A stretch of DNA of 63,855 nucleotides, filler included, from Atractiella rhizophila (lineage: Eukaryota): assembly GCA_021432655.1 (NCBI GenBank). It is 3 parts of 3 records of this genome, joined end to end, with 100 filler letters (N's around TTAATTAATTAA, not from the genome) between each part and the next. Parts side by side here need not be neighbours in the genome. Positions count along the whole stretch, not along the records: positions 1 to 23,054 come from MU271805.1; 2 more parts are not named here. One strand, 5' to 3'. The notes beneath the pieces are model-generated. The model ran no database searches, had not been told where the DNA came from, and worked only from the letters and a program-made list of their open reading frames with translations. Of this stretch, positions 1 through 13,603 are shown piece after piece; positions within the stretch are counted from its first letter, which is position 1; each line of letters opens with the position of its first letter. The translations under genes were made by a program, and so were the position numbers.

Positions 1-748
1 TCCTGCTAACTCTATATTTTTATTTCGACAAGTGTATATATCCTTGAGGCCAGTCTTGAGGCAGAAGAGGGCTAGAGAAGGAGGCTGTCGATAAATATAC
101 TATACATTGCTCCTGTTCCTGCCTTGTTCCCAGTTGCTGCTCCCTGTCATGGTCAAGATGGGTTACAGGCTCCAAATCCGCTGCGTTCATGGGATGATAA
201 CACGCTCTCTCTTGGACTCAGGCTGAAGGTGAAATACTTGATAAAAGCGAAGCAGGCAGTGGTCTTGAAGGTTCCATTCGCGAGAGCGTTCAACAGCACC
301 ACGGAAGTAACGCTCGCACGAGCGGGGTATCTAATTCCAGTACGCTCATCTATCTACCCCCTGACTGCTCGACTAACGAGTCTCCACTACCTTTCCCAGC
401 CTTTTCCCAGTCTTCTCCGCTTGATATTTGACACACCTTCAAGTGGTTGTGCGCCAAGCCTCGATCCCGTCAACACGTTTATTTTGGGCTCTACCTTGCT
501 CATGGAGGCATCCCTCGAACGAGAGAAGAAGGACGGATTATACGGCTGCTCCGGACAGTACGCTTCCTTAACTCGCTACGTCGTGGGACAGAATCTGCAG
601 GTGTTCAAACGTTCTCGTAGGTACGGGAGAGGGGAAGTCTTGCCTGCTCCTCGCCAGCAGTTAAAAGGAGATGACCCTGGCATCATGATCAATCACCATC
701 CAACGCTTCGTACAGTAGAGGACCTACACCTACTCAAGGCAAGAACAG

Positions 749-1926
749 ATGTCCTCCAACTCCACCACTTCGTCAATCTTGGGAGGCTATCCGACGCACG
801 ACCCAGACACAAACGCCTCAGCAGCCTACGCCATCGGCTACGGACTCCTCTTTCCCTTCGCCGTGTACCGATTCATCAGACGGGAATCCAGGAGCAAATA
901 CTACATTGTCGCGAGCGCCTTCATCCTCATCCGAATAGCCAGCTTCGTCATACGAATCATCATCGCAGAGCATAACCGCAAAGAATCGACAGGCATCATC
1001 GTCGCCGAACAGGTCTTGCTCTCCACCGGATATTTGGGCCTTATAGGAATATTTATCGACCTTTTCTTTCGGGTGCGCATACTCGTCAACTATTTTACAT
1101 GAAAAAACAGACTGAGAGGGAGAAATTGTAGTATAAACTTGTCGGCGTGGTGCAAGCTTCTGCCAAACCGAAGGACGTGTTGCTTCCCATTTTGGGAGAT
1201 GGCGGACCGCAAGTAAGCCCATTGAATGTTCCGTGATGACCAGGACGGGACTAAATATTGTCAGTACCAACTAGTCGACGATGATTCAGCAGCGAGCAAT
1301 AGCAAGGACTTCTACAGGCGAGCCGTGGGTTGGGTAGCGACGCAGTCGATTCAGCTCGCCATAATTTTCTCCATCATCGCCGCTACGAAATACGATAAAC
1401 CAGAGGACCAAGATACTGTCAAAACACTGCGGTACGCTTTACGTATGACATCGTCCTAACGCCACCCTGATGACGGCGTGTTGTAGTACCCTATCCTCTG
1501 TCATAGTGTTGTTGGATTTAGTTTTCGTCCTCCTTCTCATCCTCGCTCTCCTAGTTCTCATGTCTACCAAGAAGCTGTACGGTTCAAGAACATCGACCAT
1601 CGTCATCTTCATAGGAACAGGACTTCTCGTGCGTAAATCCCTGCCCATCCGGGAATGAAACCTGACTGAATGCAAAGCTCGTCATACCCGCTTATCGATT
1701 GGTGACGGGGAGCAACACTGATATATTTTCAAAGACGGCCAAGATCGAGTTTTACCTGTTGCAGCTCCTCCCGGAATTTCTTACGACGGTTCTGGTTGTG
1801 CTGTGCAAGCTGAAGGAGATGTTTGGGATGCAGAAGGTCGATGAAGAGGAAAAGGAGAGGATGAAGCGTAAATATCCTCATGGAAGAAACAGGATTGTCA
1901 AATTGCTCGGTGCAGGATACTTCTAG
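749..1926 (+). CDS. Multi-pass membrane protein (fungal 7TM RTA1/DUF3112-like), spliced
   Basis: Successive hydrophobic ORF pieces (749-1072, about 1266-1431, 1488-1632, to stop 1926) are separated by GT-AG introns. N-terminal LGGYP and C-terminal FYLLQLLPEF motifs are typical of this fungal family. Confidence 0.65.
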
Positions 1927-3090
1927 AGTTAATTTTCTGTATGTGCAATACATTCTTTGTTGTCAATGTATAGTAGCCCGACAGGTTTTCGTTGAAGTCC
2001 TACTCCATCACAACGTGGCGCTCAATGCTTGAATATTAGAACTCCAAGTCACCTGAATCATGATGTATACTTATAGGAGTAGCTTTTTACCTACCCGTTG
2101 ACTCTCTTTGTCATTCAACTCAAGCAAAAGATGCGTGAACGTGCGCACTAGTACTTGGTACACATTGGTCCGCTGTTCATCAACGATAAGTTTGCTCTTG
2201 CCTTGCCGACTGGCTGGTAGAATGCTTTGAATAGAGTTTGCGAAAATCCTTCTCTGTACTAAAAGTTATCCTGATCATGAAGTTTCGTGAGAGAGTAATT
2301 CGATTGCAAGGGATGTGGGCTGAAATCAGTCCTTCTTGCTATTCGACCCCGGCAGGTGAACGAGTTCTTTCCTCCTGCACTCCAAGGTCCGAAAGATGAT
2401 TCCTATCGACACCATTCCAGCTGGTATTCCCAAGCGGGAAGAGGGAGCGGGGATCAAGGAAGAGATTGAGTAATTAGCGATAAAGCGTAAATGCGAGCTG
2501 AATACTTGCAATACTCTAGCCCTACTCCCTGCTTGCAACGAAATCGGTGTGCGGGCTCAGGGACGGATTGATTATATGATGCGGGGTGGTCCCGCTCGAC
2601 AACCCACCTTTATAATCGACATATTTTACCTGCCCGGCTGACAATCATACCTGCAAATGGCAAGCTCCACTTTAACATACAGAACATCAAACAAACGGTG
2701 GCATTCTAATGCTGAAGAAGTTCAACATCCTAACAGTGAGCCACGAAAGTCTAACATCGGCCTAGATAGCACCAACTGTGATTAGGGACTGGGGAGCGAG
2801 CAAGTCGCGGAAACCTTGGAATCTAGATTCAAAATGTTCAACCAATCCACATATAACGGCTAGACAATTCGTTTCAAAATAAAAGTGTCACCAAACCGTT
2901 TTTCGCGAAACACTTTCGGAAAGATCTTGAACCTGAGGCTTGAGAAACAATGACCAAAAACAAACTAAATAAATCAGACTATCGTCCTCCTTTGCCTCGC
3001 GGATCAGCCTGTTTAGTTGACATCCCTTCCTCTTCTCTTGTCTCCGCTAAAACTGTGGATAGAACTGTAGGAAGCGCAAAATAGCCTGCG

Positions 3091-3495
3091 ATGGAGCACA
3101 ACCTAGCTGTACACCTTGTCAAAAGGGTCAAAAGACTCAAGGTTATGCTCCTATCAGCTGCTCGTATGATTCGCTCGCTGCCAAGTAAAAACTCCGGACG
3201 AGAGGCTCACAAGCATGGAAGAGCGTATCGGTGAGACCGCTTCTTGCGCTCAGCCGAAGGGTGGTGATCTTCAACTTTAACAGCGTCTTTAGAAGTGACG
3301 ATGCGAGAGCAAGAGGACCTCATTCACAGGCTCAACTTGCTAAAGTCATCAAATCCGTCTATTCTCACAAAGTTTGAGTATCGTAATCACACTTCAGCGG
3401 AATTTACAGAAGAGGAGAGAAGGGTGTTGCAGGCCACCGGTATTGTCGATATGGATGGAAATCTTTTGGTGGATCCTCAGGTATTGTCAGCCTAA
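3091..3495 (+). CDS. Small hypothetical coiled-coil protein, spliced
   Basis: ATG at 3091 and a GTGAGA..CAG intron at about 3231-3283 join ERLTSMEERI to ASLEVTMREQEDLIHRL. No family recognised. Confidence 0.35.
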
Positions 3496-4646
3496 AATCC
3501 CATAGGTCTCCTGCATTGCGGGATTTTTGGTTCTGATGCGTTTCAGTATTGTCAGCAAACCTCAACGGTGGAGAACAAATTGTTTTTCACGGAATTGGCA
3601 CAAAGAGCAACAATTCCATCTAAACACAAAGAATATCGAACGTTGAAGTATAAAAGGCACTCGAGTCCTTGAACTTTTGAGCCCTTGCCAGCTATGAATG
3701 GCTTGAACGTATGCCCATGCAATGATAGCTATCAGACAGTTACTGTAAACTCGGGAATAGCACTTTGAGCGTTCTTTGACAATCACAAAGCCAAATTACC
3801 TCCCAATAGTTGGGAAGTATTCAACATCATCTCCTCAAATACCATCTGGGGTAATACAAGAGCTATGAGACAGCAAAGGAGGACCAACTCGACTCAGAAG
3901 AGAAGATGCTAACGTTTTGCTCTATACCAGACGAACGATGGCGGCGATGAACAGGACCAACTTTACCCAAGAGCCGGGCTGGACTACGCTCTTGTGAAGT
4001 GCAAGCCAACGGTTAACGCGGCTCCTCTAGAGGTGGGCAATAGTAATGTGGAGGCCTATGTGCGACCCCTGTGAATAAGATGGATATTGGGTTTTTCTCA
4101 GAGTCGGTGTGTTACGATGATGTTAAACCTAAAGACTATTCGAATTTTGCCGAAAGGCACCAAAGTCCTTTAGTTTGTTCTCGCATGGGGCATCGTTCTC
4201 CAGAGTAACTCGAGATTCTGACTGACTATCCAAATGACAGAATGACTGGCAACAGCTTGCTCTGAGCCCAATTTCACTTTTGGACAATCAGTCATAAAAG
4301 AGAAAGCTACCAAGCTTCACGCTCATGCTGATATCTTGTTCTTGAGACAGAAAAATTGATCCCATAGCTGGAAGATATTCAATATAATGTATTCTGAGCA
4401 ATGCGAGAACATGGGGAGATGTTTCTATATTAACAATAGATGCTCACATAGGAACCATACTCAAATTGAAGAGCGCCGCACTAGTAGACCCCAAGGATCC
4501 CACATCACCATTTCATTTCTCTCTGTGTCCCAGACATATCCCTGGCGCGGTACGTACGCGAGAGGAACGATGACGTTTGCCCACTCAATCCCAGCCAACT
4601 ACATTGCCACAACAACTTCCCGCGTGAACGTATATACCCATAAATT

Positions 4647-7600
4647 ATGCTTAACCGTCTCAAGAGCTCAGCTGGACTACGCTCTGCCGAAGTCCAAACC
4701 AATGGATCTCGTTCAGAAGTGGGGGATGACAACGGGGAGACGTATGTGCGACCGCCTGAGTTTGATATGGATTTCGTGAACAAGGAGGATATCGAGGTAT
4801 TTAGAAAGGTGTGCATTCCTTTGGAAGTAATCCCGAGATTGGGAGCGAGTTCTTGTTACTGCGACCATGTTTGCTGCTTTGCCCTGCCAATCGTATGCTT
4901 CATAGGAAGCTACCTTCCTGCCGTCAATAATGACACTTTGAAGCTTGCAAGCCTTCTTCTAACAAAGCAGAGACCTGAAATGATAGTATGTACGCAAGTG
5001 TACAAATCATCAACGATTTGAGTAGGTGTCCTGATAGATAGTCAGTTCTAAACGAATGGCAGACCTCGATTAAAAGCCCAACTGCTTTATATAAGAGAGA
5101 GTCTTGATGCTGATGGCAATGTTCCTACCTCAGGCACTTTCCGTGACAGAGCCTGAACCTTCGATCTATCCCCTAACACCGCGAGAGCGGCGAGTTCAGC
5201 ATATCTCAGCGGTCTCTGATTTTGCGCCCATAAATCAGAAGGTGTCAAAGAAACGGTGAGTTTTGAGCTTTCAATATTTCCACTTCACTGATGCCTCAGA
5301 ACAGCTCAAAAATGCAACGAGTAAGTCCATTCAATTCTAAGCACAAACTAAATCAAATGGTTTTGGTTCCACAGGACGTAGTTCGTGAAGGATGGGCGTA
5401 TCCCATTGCTCGATGGCCGTTGATCTTCTTCATTGGCCTTTTCGTTGTTCTTCAATTTTTCTCCTATATCTTGGTGCGGCAGTTAGTCAACATTATTGAG
5501 TATTTTAGTGCTTGTACATCTAATCGTTGCGCCGTTCCCGTTCTCATTACTGAAGTGTTGCACAGGGAGAGGATATCGTGGCCTGTTACGGTTGCGTTTA
5601 CGGAAGGCACCTACTTACGATAAATGGAAAGGTTCGTTGTGCCTGACGTATGCCTTGGTAAGAAGTCATTAAACCTTACACAGAATGCGCCTTGGATCTA
5701 GATCGACACCTTGGCTTGGAGGAGTGGAAGAAGAGCGACGAGAACAGCTATTATGATTGGTCACTATTGCGAAAAATATTTGAGAATCTTCGGGAACTGG
5801 TTGGTTATTCTGGTCAGTGATGGTCAGTGAGCTCAAGAGAAGGTTAGAGAGAACGTGGTGATTACGATGGCGTCCGTTCAGTCCTAGAAATCTGTCTCCG
5901 CTCCAACTTCGCGGGCACAGGTTCGTCCTTCCGATTTTGAACACAGAGACCTAAAGCCGCCCTGTAGAAAGCTTTCGTCTATACGCAGAGACACATTTGG
6001 GTTCGAAAAATCTGCTCGAACGCTATGTAGACGAAGGTGTGTTTCGTTTCGTTTTCTGGTATTCGATGCTTACGATGGTGGTAGTTGAGAAAAGCGTTAC
6101 CTTCATTCGCAATGCCCCCACTGACCGGATGTCGACCGAAGAGAAAGCTAGCTTTTTCAAATATGCATCCAAGAACTATGGACGCACTGCACTTTGCCTT
6201 TCCGGCGGTGCCAGCTTTGGGTATTATCACTTTGGCGTCCTGCGAGCGATGTTGGATGCTGGACTCCTCCCTCAAGTCATCAGTGGTACCAGTGCGGGCG
6301 GGTTGGTTGTGCGTGACTTTGTTTTGGCGTGACCGTTGGATAATCATGAATGAATGGTGAACAGGCTGCTTTCGCCTGCTGCTATAAAGAGGACGAATTG
6401 AAGCGACTCCTGATACCCGTAAGCCCCTTTTTTGTCTGTAGTCTAGTCAGAATTCTCATCCATAAATATAGGAGGTAGCGGAGAAGATTACTGCATGCTC
6501 TGATTCATTCAAGGTCAAGTCATTTCCCACTGCCCATCCCTCAGAAAACTTATCCGTGGTGTAGGTCTGGTACGCTCGGTATCGTAAAACTGGCGCCAGG
6601 TTGATACTTTCGCCTCCGACGAAAAAATTGCTAATTAAGAAACAGGTTTGATCCGGTTGAATGGGCTGAGAAGTGTGAGGTTCTTCCCGAAAAGATTACG
6701 CATCTGACAATGAAGAAGGTTCTTTCTGGACACACGTTTGTTGCTTGCTGATGTCTTCACATGGCTGCTTAATTTACGCAAACAGGGAAACACTACCTTC
6801 AAAGAGGCATTTGAGCGGACTGGAAAGATCCTCAATATCTCAGTGGTCCCAGCTGATCCCCATTCGCCGACGAAACTTCTAAACTACCTTACGAGTCCCA
6901 ATGTGATCATTGCTACTGCTGCAATCGCCAGTGCTGCTGTCCCAGGTACGCCCAAAGCCCGACTGTTGCTTTTCTCTAATGTCCTTTCCATAGGCATCCT
7001 GCCGCCAGTGGTACTGCTTGAGAAAGATCGAAACGGGAAGGCACGACCCTACGAATTTCATTCCAAGCACAGGGATGGCAGTTTGCGTGTAGACATTCCA
7101 CTGAGTACGTGCGCAGCTCAAAGGCATTTCTAAACTCATATAATCGCAGAATCGTTACATCTGCTCTACAATGTCAACTACTCTATCGTGTCCCAAGTCA
7201 ACCCACATGTTCACCTTTTTTTCTTTCAACCTGTAAGTTGTGTTTGTTACGATAATTACCAGCTAACAGCGAAATACAGAGAGGGAGTGCTGGCAAACCG
7301 GTTGCTCACCGCAAAGGTAAAGGATGGCGGTAGGTTTACATCATTGCTGCAGACAGCTCGTGCTGAACGCGCCATGTAGTGGAGGATTCTTCCTAAGTGC
7401 TGCCGAACAGCTGCTGAAAATCGAAATAGCCAAGAACTTTCGTGTATGCCGGCAGTCCGCATTTGATGTGCTTTGTATAATGAGTGGGAACAGATTATTC
7501 GAGATCTCGAACTTTTGCCAGAGGTTGGCGGTATGGATCTCGCCGCTGCATTCTTGCAGAAATTCGAAGGTACAGTCACCTTGACACCGAAGAGTCGACG

Positions 7601-8268
7601 TATGTATCTGTCCCTTCTTGCGTTGATAGACAAGTGACAATTAGACAGTGTGGGATTGGGTGCGCATACTGGATGATCCCGATCCGAAGGTCCGTACAAT
7701 ATTCCTTGTGTTGTTGGCCCTGAAAGCTATCACAGGAGCTTGCGCGGATGATAGACGTTGGCCAACGTGCGACTTGGCCGAAGCTGCATATGATTGAAAA
7801 TCGGATGAGGTGAGCACTCCTGCCCGTACGCTATTGTCGCTGACAATAATGTTTTCAAGGATCGAGAAACAGATTGAGCTAGGAAGAACGGAGAACCGAC
7901 GCGGCAAGAGTCTTGTTCATGACAGGATTCTTCCCAACATCGATGGCGCGAACGGTAGTGGATCTGAACTTGACCCGTTGCGGGCGATGTCCGCAGTCGA
8001 AAGCACGACGACTCCAGAGAGCGACGAGAAAGCTGGAGAGAAAGAAAACGGAAACAAGAAGAGGAAAAATCCTTTCTCGCCAAAGTCATTGAGACGACAA
8101 AAGGCTTTGTCGCGATTGGGGATGAGGAGGACCTCTGATCATATGATCAATATTGAGGCTGGCGGCGAAGCTAGACTAGGAGAGGGAGGAACCAAGTTTC
8201 CTGATATTTTGTCAGAAACTGAGGCGGAGGACGGCCGATCTGAACAAAGGTCGGGAAATGCCCGGTAG
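4647..8268 (+). CDS. Patatin-like phospholipase / triacylglycerol lipase (TGL3-5-like, DUF3336 + patatin), many introns
   Basis: Motifs ISAVSDFAPINQ, GRTALCLSGGASFGYYHFGV, nucleophile GTSAG, RDGSLRVDIP and VSQVNPHV occur across many short exons. Confidence 0.9.
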
Positions 8269-8388
8269 CTTCCACGTTACCTTTGAAATCAAAGTAACAC
8301 TTATACTTCTTGTGTCCATCGGACCTTCCATGTAGATATTAGACGAATATACCCTGCTTCTCATGTATATAGAAAGCTCCGGATTTTC

Positions 8389-10742
8389 TCAATAGGGATT
8401 GTGAACACCGTTAATTGCTAGACATCTGTAGCGTGTCTTCTGAACCAAGCATGCATTGTCACAGGTCAGGACTGGGGGGAAGCTCGAACTTCAAGCTGTC
8501 CCTATCGTCACTGGTTATCCTTGCCCATTCCAGCACAACTCGGTACTAAACGAAACTGTTTGTCTAGATGTAAACAGGATGGGAAGGCGCACAGTATACA
8601 ACATCATTTCAACTCTCCCCATGCATTGATTCGCAAATTCTTGTCCGTTTTGAGCGATCTGCACCAAGCCTCCTTCACTGCTCCGTTCGAACTAAATAGA
8701 GGGTAAGAAGTACGTACGCGCTCAAGTTCTTCGTCATGAGAGAGTGAAGCGGCTATGTTACGATGAAATCCTAGAGCTGAAGTACCGAAGAAGTAGAGCA
8801 GGATATTGTGTACTGTTCCACCCCAATCTGACAATACTGAATGACAGAGCTTGAGGACATACCCTCCGCTAATTTCAAGCTCAGTGGTATATAATGGACC
8901 CAAGCTATCGCACCTTTAAGTCATAAATCCTGGAGGGGGATAGATCGAAAGACTGACGTATAAGAAGTTCATCCATCGCCTCCCTAAACATCCTCGTCTT
9001 CATCACCGCACTACTGCTCTTCAACAAAGACCTAAGCCTTCCGCTGAAGGCGACTCCATCACCATCCCAAACGACCTTGAACCGATAAGCAGTTTTAAAA
9101 TCCCTCCATCCGGAGAATCGGAAGCTCTCCTCCTCTCTTTGGGCAGCCAAGGATTCTTCTTCTCCATGTACGTCTGTGCCGGTCAGAGCTACGTCGGCCA
9201 GAGTGTTCAAAATGTCAGTTGGGAGAGAAAGCGCTCGTACGGTAGTTGTGTTTTGGCTTGTGGTAGAATGGAAAGGGAGAAGTACGGTATTTTCTGTGGT
9301 CGGGGAGATGGTGTTGAGCAAGGAGACGAAGCGTTGACGGACCCATCCTCGATACGTATGACCTATCGAGCGACCTCCAGTCCCTGTACCCGTCCAATAT
9401 ACTTTAGATGACTTCTCTTCCCATGTGACGTCGTCCTTTCCAAAATTTACCAATCAACGCAGTCGATTAAGTGAGAGGGAGGCGACAAACCGATGGATTA
9501 TACGGACTGTTGTCGTTCCAATACCACGCCGGTGGCTAATGCCTATCTCTCAGCTTTCTGGTAACTCAATGAGACAGCAGGTAAAGGCCCACGATCAAAA
9601 TATCAGCGAATCCGTCCAGCTTGCTGGCTGAGAATATAGGGACGAGTTCGGTGGTATATCCCCAGGAGAGAGGATGGAGGAAGAAGGCATGGAGGTCCCT
9701 ATAATCTGGTCGCTCGCACCAGTCCGAATCGGAAGTGATAAAAGTTTCCGACTCATCTGCGAAGGTGGGTATGGAGGAAAAGTTGGAGGGGGCAGGGACA
9801 CCAGCTTGCCTTGCGCGAGAGTTTGGAGAACAGGTAGGCAACAGGACGTCGTAGGCAAGGAGGCCGGAGCGGCCGTGGTCCTGGAATTCAAAGGAGGTGA
9901 GCGGCGTAAACTTGCCTGCAAGATGAATAGTCAGCCAGCAATGCAGATGTGAGAGCAATCCGCAACCTCCAAGCTTCGTTCTTTGAACGACGTGTTGTTT
10001 ATGACGGAGAAGCTTTGATAATCACTGACGGGTTGGATAAGCCGATGGGTCCATCATAAACGTGTAGAACAAGCGGGTCAAGATGACGAAGCGTACCTTG
10101 GAGTATCTCTTCCATTTTCTCCCACGGTACGATGACCTTTGGTTCATCCATAGCATTCACAAAGAGGTCGACGTCAGGAATAGTTGCACCAAATCCCTGA
10201 GCCATTGTCAGCATGTTCTCCACGGCTCTCCTAGGTCCAGAGTCCCATCCGCGTTCCATTGCATCCATCTCCTCCCAAGGTACGACTCTTCCGTTCCTCG
10301 CGCGCACACGTCCCATGTCGTTCTTTCCGAGCAGCAGCTCCTGGCGTGCTCGTACTTCGGATGGAGTTAAAGAGAGAAAGGGGAGGAGGCTTGCATGGAG
10401 GGAGCGAAATGGAGCGGTGCGACATTGGGAGAGGCGCCCGTGGAGGAAGTGCCACTGGTCGAAGTAGGGGGGTGGCGGGCGACCGTGAGCGGAAATATAT
10501 TCGTGGTATGCTTGAGAGATTGATGGATGAACATGTGGGAAAGGAAACTGGTCTCTGTACTCAGAAAAAGCGGAACGGAGGAGCTGGTGTCCCAATCAGT
10601 CCAGTGCGAACGGTTTGGATTGACCCACGAAATCGATTGGATGGCCTGTTAATTCGCTCTCACGTTGCTCAAGGCGAAAATAACCCCATAACGTTGAGAA
10701 AAGGAATAAAAATAACAGAAGCACGTTTCGCTTCTTGAACAT
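8389..10742 (-). CDS. Glycosyltransferase family 90 (CAP10-like) protein, spliced
   Basis: N-terminal signal anchor, then HPIDF..EY...GRPPPPYFDQW, PDVDLFVNAMDEP, WEEKSSKVYWTGTGTGG, WDGDGVAFSGR and C-terminal YRVVLEWARITSDDR. Confidence 0.85.
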
Positions 10743-11041
10743 GATTTCAGTCGTTTCAGCATTCATGACACTGTTTTCCAAAACAGGAAGTCAAGATTCA
10801 CAACGCTAAAATTGTGAGTTGGTTTGAATGAAAAGAGAGATTCATGATTCCAAAATTATTGGGGGTTGCATTCCCAATTTGGGGCATTGTAGAATATGTG
10901 CAATGGGGTGCGTGGCGGGCTGGTACTACATTATACATTACGACAACCAAGACAACAAAAATTACAACATAATAAAAGCTAGTACATGATTCTGTTTATG
11001 TAACATATGATACATCTCATTCGAGCACAGTGATTCCGAAT

Positions 11042-12835
11042 TCACCCCGCACTGAGATCATTCCACCGGTGCGTGCTCCTGTCCATCGAACCATTTGCCT
11101 GCCAGAAGAAGAGCTCCTCGTCCATCGCGTCGAGATGTTCGGTGATCCACAACCTGAAGAATTTGGAATCAAAACCAATTGATGAGAGGCTTTCGGCCAT
11201 GGGTTCCTGAGGCGCGAAGTCGGACAGTCTAAACGACTCCAATAGCGCCAAAGGTACCGTGGTATCATCGACCATCTGCAAAGATGCCAGGCAGACGTCG
11301 GTCGTTAAATCCCAGTCGTGGAAAAAGGTTGTGATATGCAAAGATAACTTGGTGCTATCAGAAGAAGAGGAAGAAGTGACGAAGCGACGGGACAGGAAGT
11401 CCAAAATTTCTTGAAAGTCGATAGAACAGTACGCAATGGAAAGTTCTGAGAGGTGTTTTAGAATGTGTAACGCTCGCGTAAAGTGGCGAGAGATAAATCG
11501 GGAGGATTCATGGCCACCATCTAAATGAATGCTATTGAGGTAATTGCAAGCAAGAATGGCATGGTCGAAAGGCATTGGAAAGGAGGTGTGGAGATATTCA
11601 TTGATCCAACAATCGTGGGTCCTCTGAAACGCCAAATATAATTTTTTCAAATTTTTCTGGCATAGCAAAAATTGGCCAAAACCATTCTTCGACAATCTTG
11701 GGGTAAAAGAACTGAAGTATAGAGTTTCTATCGACGTGTGAATGCTCCCCAAATCCTTATCGGCCAAACTACAACGGAGAAGAGCCAGGCTACCTAAAGG
11801 ATTCTGCACCTCGATCAAATCTTCCCATTCTCTCAGAGACCAGGGATCGGACAGGAGATCGCAGAGAAAGAGCGAGTCTGGTTCGAGGGTGAAGAGGGAG
11901 CGGAGGATGGTTCTGAAAGGACTCAGGGACATTTGCGCAGAGCGCTTGAATCCGAGGAGGATAGAAGACGGATAGATTCCCTCTAGATGATTAAGGAGTG
12001 TGGGAGGATCGTGAATGTTCCAAGGAAGTTTCCATAGCTCGAGCCGATGACACCCTTGCCTGTGCAGATAGCGCCGCACGGTATCCCAACTCTGCATAGA
12101 TGATGGAGAGTTCGAAATGACCATGTCGGGAAATGATCTCAAAAGCTGATGTGACATGGTTATGTTCCTCAAGTATTCGCTCTTCATGACAAGCTTCCGG
12201 ACATCCTTCACTCCTGCTCGTTGTCTCGTATCCAAGTCCACCTTCAGAATGACTAGACCTAGTCTTGCCCAGTCATGGCAGACGGCTCGAAGCTTTCGCA
12301 GGCAAGCAACAAAAGCTTCGGTGTAATCGAGAAGTGGGAGAGAGTACTGGAGCACGATTTGGAGGAGTTCCTCAGGTAGGGTACCGATAGGGCAATTCTG
12401 TAGCACACGACGGAGACTGGGACGCCCATGAGGGACTGAATGAGGTTGCAATTGTGATTGGGGTTGGGGTTGGGGTTCGGGCTGAGGTTGAGTGGGGCTG
12501 ACGAAGAGTTTCGTGAGATAGGGGGTGGCTAAGGAGAAGAAGGATGTTCTGCGGTGTGGACGAAGCTGGCTGTCAACCCTTGTTGGCGAAGGTGGAGCAC
12601 TGAAAGAAGTGTCACTGTCACAATCGCTCATTTTATATCCTTTTCGTGATGTACCTGGTGCGTGCCCAATCAGCATTTGAAGGTTAACGTGGGGGAAACA
12701 TGCAACATGAGATGAGAGGGGTGAGATACAATCTAACTTTTCTTGCCGCTGAGTATCCACAAGAGGACTCGTACATGGCCTTGGGAGTGGCTCCAACCTG
12801 GGGAACCACTCGCAAAGCCTAGCGATCGAGCCCAT
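11042..12835 (-). CDS. F-box/LRR-like protein (intronless; true start may be about 12631)
   Basis: 597-aa ORF with F-box-like IGTLPEELLQIVL...LRAVCHDW followed by LxxLxL repeats. Confidence 0.7.
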   Translation of the reverse strand: MGSIARLCEWFPRLEPLPRPCTSPLVDTQRQEKLDCISPLSSHVACFPHVNLQMLIGHAPGTSRKGYKMSDCDSDTSFSAPPSPTRVDSQLRPHRRTSFFSLATPYLTKLFVSPTQPQPEPQPQPQSQLQPHSVPHGRPSLRRVLQNCPIGTLPEELLQIVLQYSLPLLDYTEAFVACLRKLRAVCHDWARLGLVILKVDLDTRQRAGVKDVRKLVMKSEYLRNITMSHQLLRSFPDMVISNSPSSMQSWDTVRRYLHRQGCHRLELWKLPWNIHDPPTLLNHLEGIYPSSILLGFKRSAQMSLSPFRTILRSLFTLEPDSLFLCDLLSDPWSLREWEDLIEVQNPLGSLALLRCSLADKDLGSIHTSIETLYFSSFTPRLSKNGFGQFLLCQKNLKKLYLAFQRTHDCWINEYLHTSFPMPFDHAILACNYLNSIHLDGGHESSRFISRHFTRALHILKHLSELSIAYCSIDFQEILDFLSRRFVTSSSSSDSTKLSLHITTFFHDWDLTTDVCLASLQMVDDTTVPLALLESFRLSDFAPQEPMAESLSSIGFDSKFFRLWITEHLDAMDEELFFWQANGSMDRSTHRWNDLSAG

Positions 12836-13603
12836 AGGATTGATGCTCCGCTCAGGTGCATCTTATAAAGGGGGGGCGAAGCGGCACTACCCTGGCACTT
12901 CATCTGCCAGTTGTCGATTCGAACCATACAAAATACTCGACGCAGTTCTGAAGCAACCAGCAGAGGTAAAGGGGGAAGTGTCAATGTCACATGTTAGGCG
13001 GCAACAGGCGGGTGCCTGGACGCCTCCAACAGCAAGGCTAGAAGTTTCAGAAAAACCCCATCAATAAAGCTTTCATCTCCTTTTATGATCAAATAATCGC
13101 TCTGTCAGGGTTTTGAGAACACGAACCTGACCTGGCATAACTTCCGACGCTATGAAAAGCTGGAAAAAAAGGCAAAAAGCCAAATGGCACTTGGCTCACC
13201 AAAGTGAAGTTCGTCCTCGCTATATCACGCCACGACTGCAATTCCTTGCAAGCTGCCTTTCCCGATCGTTCGTCTGTTATGATCGTCTAACACAGCAGAG
13301 AGCTGAGGAATCGTGTGTGGGGAAGAGCCGCGGGGCCAGGCCGGTTCAAGCCCCTGAGGCTTCGAAGCAAAAATTAACGATTTCCAATGGAGCAAGCCCT
13401 TTTGCGAACTCGAGACCGAGAGTTTGCCTCGCGAAAGCCTCTCAGGTCCCAGACGACAGCATCACTTGACAATAGTTATTGGATCATTACATTGAACATT
13501 AAGTAGCAGGGTATGGACTATCATGTCAACTGAAGAAAACAGCAACAGCCAATATTGCAATAAAATAGGTGCAAAATAAGAAAGACAACGGAAATAATCA
13601 TGA

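Noticed and set aside
124..975. 283-aa ORF
   Set aside because: It has a non-ATG start and no motif, and it overlaps the membrane-protein gene out of frame.
12455..12490. GGGTTG G-rich repeat
   Set aside because: It encodes the PQPQPEPQ tract of the F-box protein on the minus strand and is not telomeric.
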